From Microthyrium microscopicum (lineage: Eukaryota): a stretch of DNA of 64,000 nt. Made by a program: the position numbers and the translations under genes. The notes beneath the pieces were generated by a model. The model saw nothing but the letters and a program-made list of their open reading frames with translations. It was not told where the DNA came from and did not search any database. Of the stretch, positions 62,600 to 64,000 are shown in pieces. The stretch covers positions 1,251,345 through 1,315,344 of the forward strand of contig MU004237.1 of the NCBI GenBank assembly GCA_010405405.1. Reading direction: 5' to 3'. Position 1 is the first letter of the stretch. Every line of letters begins with the position of its first letter.

Positions 62600-63310
62600 G
62601 GTCTAAGACTACATCGCGCCTTTTATTAGTAGAAACGCTTTGAAACACAACAACTTTGGCTCATTAACACTTTATCAACAACAACTTATTATTCTTTAAA
62701 ATTAAGATGCACAAAAAGCTCTTAAACTTAGCTTCTTAATACTATTTATAGCTTCTTTATTAGCCTATTATTAAGCTTAGAATCCTCCTTAAGAATCTAT
62801 GTTTTAATTCTATGTTGCCTAGAACTAGAAAATTAATAATTCTTTAAACTAATATAACTCTACTACCTTTCTAAATTTAAGTTTTTTAGTATTTATTTTA
62901 GATTTTTTAGAATAAGGTAAATAATTATAGGCGTAAAAAAAATATTAAAATTTTAGTTATTATAGAGCTTTAGGGAGTTAGTAAATTATAGAATTATAAG
63001 TATTTAGAGTATTTTTTAGCCTTATCTTTAGTAACTTATATAGCTATATAGAGTTAAGTAATAAAAACGAAATTATAATAGTTATAAAGCGACGTTATTA
63101 AAGTATTTTTAGTTAAGCTTAGCTTTTTAAAATAAAGCTTTATTATTAAGATAAACCTATTTAAATATAAAAGCTTATAAGGCTATAAGCGTTCGTTCTA
63201 ATAAATTCCGCGATCTAATCCTAGACTATTAGATCGCGGTAATAAAGGAAGGTTAGTATTAGTCCTAAAAGGGAAGAAGCTAATCTAAATTAGGATACTA
63301 TAAGCGATCA
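62600..63310. mobile_element. AT-rich, RIP-degraded repeat/transposon remnant
   Basis: Abrupt shift to very AT-rich sequence with excess TpA and depleted CpA/TpG; no ORF of 60 aa or more. Confidence 0.75.
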
Positions 63311-63811
63311 TAACAGTCTGGGTTTCTGAGATAAGTATCGAAGCTCACCCCTGCATTAGGATTCAGCATACTTTCCATCAAATCCCACTACACAACCTTT
63401 TATATCAGGCTATGGGTACCCGGTTTAGATCATTCGTATGTCGTCCACTACTTATAGAGGCCCATACTCGATGGCTCACAAGAACAGACATCGTAGTACT
63501 CGTGTGAAATGCTTAGCTACGTGGGACTTGGTATCGAACTTACTATATTCCTTCCCTTCTTCCTTTTCGTAAGTCAAATAGTGAATTTGAGATACTTGTA
63601 CTCACATGAATAGTTCTTTTACACCCTCTTCCGTATTGTTCCAGCATTAGCAGTGGTCATAGAACAGGAGACCCATACTTATGCTCCAGTGTCCCTCACA
63701 GACAGACATCTATAGCAATGATCCATCCCGTCAATCTCCTCAGCCAAACTCCTTCACTCGCGGCCTGAGTCTGTTTTCCACGATCAGCCAGCTTCTATCT
63801 CTTCGCACCAG

Positions 63812-64000
63812 TTACAATAGCCCCATAGTTCTCGCTCGTGCCGTGCCAACTATCGCAGCACTCACAAACCCAAACGCCACACCTCCTATTCGCATAGATG
63901 TATACACCACTGCGTCTGCTTCCGAGGCCACCGAGCCTGGCTTCTTTGGCGGCGGCATAACTTTGCGACCTATGATATCCCAGATGCTCTCTTTACGCAC
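63812..64000 (-). CDS. Possible 3' end of a gene running off the window
   Basis: Frame is open to the window edge and ends in a hydrophobic stretch (GGVAFGFVSAAIVG); no recognised motif. Confidence 0.3.
   Translation of the reverse strand: MRKESIWDIIGRKVMPPPKKPGSVASEADAVVYTSMRIGGVAFGFVSAAIVGTARARTMGLL

Overview
This is eukaryotic DNA from a filamentous ascomycete (Pezizomycotina), judged from ~50-nt GT-AG introns with CTRAC branch sites, a HET-domain gene and a RIP-like AT-rich block. Two housekeeping blocks frame the window: WRS1 3' end, CAF40/RCD1, CDC9 and MIX23 on the left; TRAPPC11, RXT2, mitochondrial ProRS, MAK21/NOC1 and cyclin B on the right. Between them lies a ~35-kb largely accessory interval with small secreted Cys-rich proteins, a cutinase, a CHORD-CS protein, an ABCB transporter, a DUF1996 protein, an intronless bacterial-type aldehyde dehydrogenase and two tandem dsRBD-less (Mini-III-like) RNase III genes. 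The most notable features are: (1) a long inverted repeat immediately 3' of the smaller RNase III gene, starting at a predicted 3' splice site, which suggests an RNase III/own-substrate module; (2) a young hAT-type MITE (73-bp perfect TIRs, 8-bp TSD) that rewrites the C-terminus of a membrane protein; (3) a CDC9 5' region with tandem splice donors that each complete a PIP box, plus an intron-located alternative N-terminus; (4) a membrane protein with an internal signal-peptide-like segment; (5) a HET gene head-to-head with an orphan ORF beside RIP-like DNA. All calls come from reading the sequence by eye; exon boundaries were inferred manually and no database searches were run.
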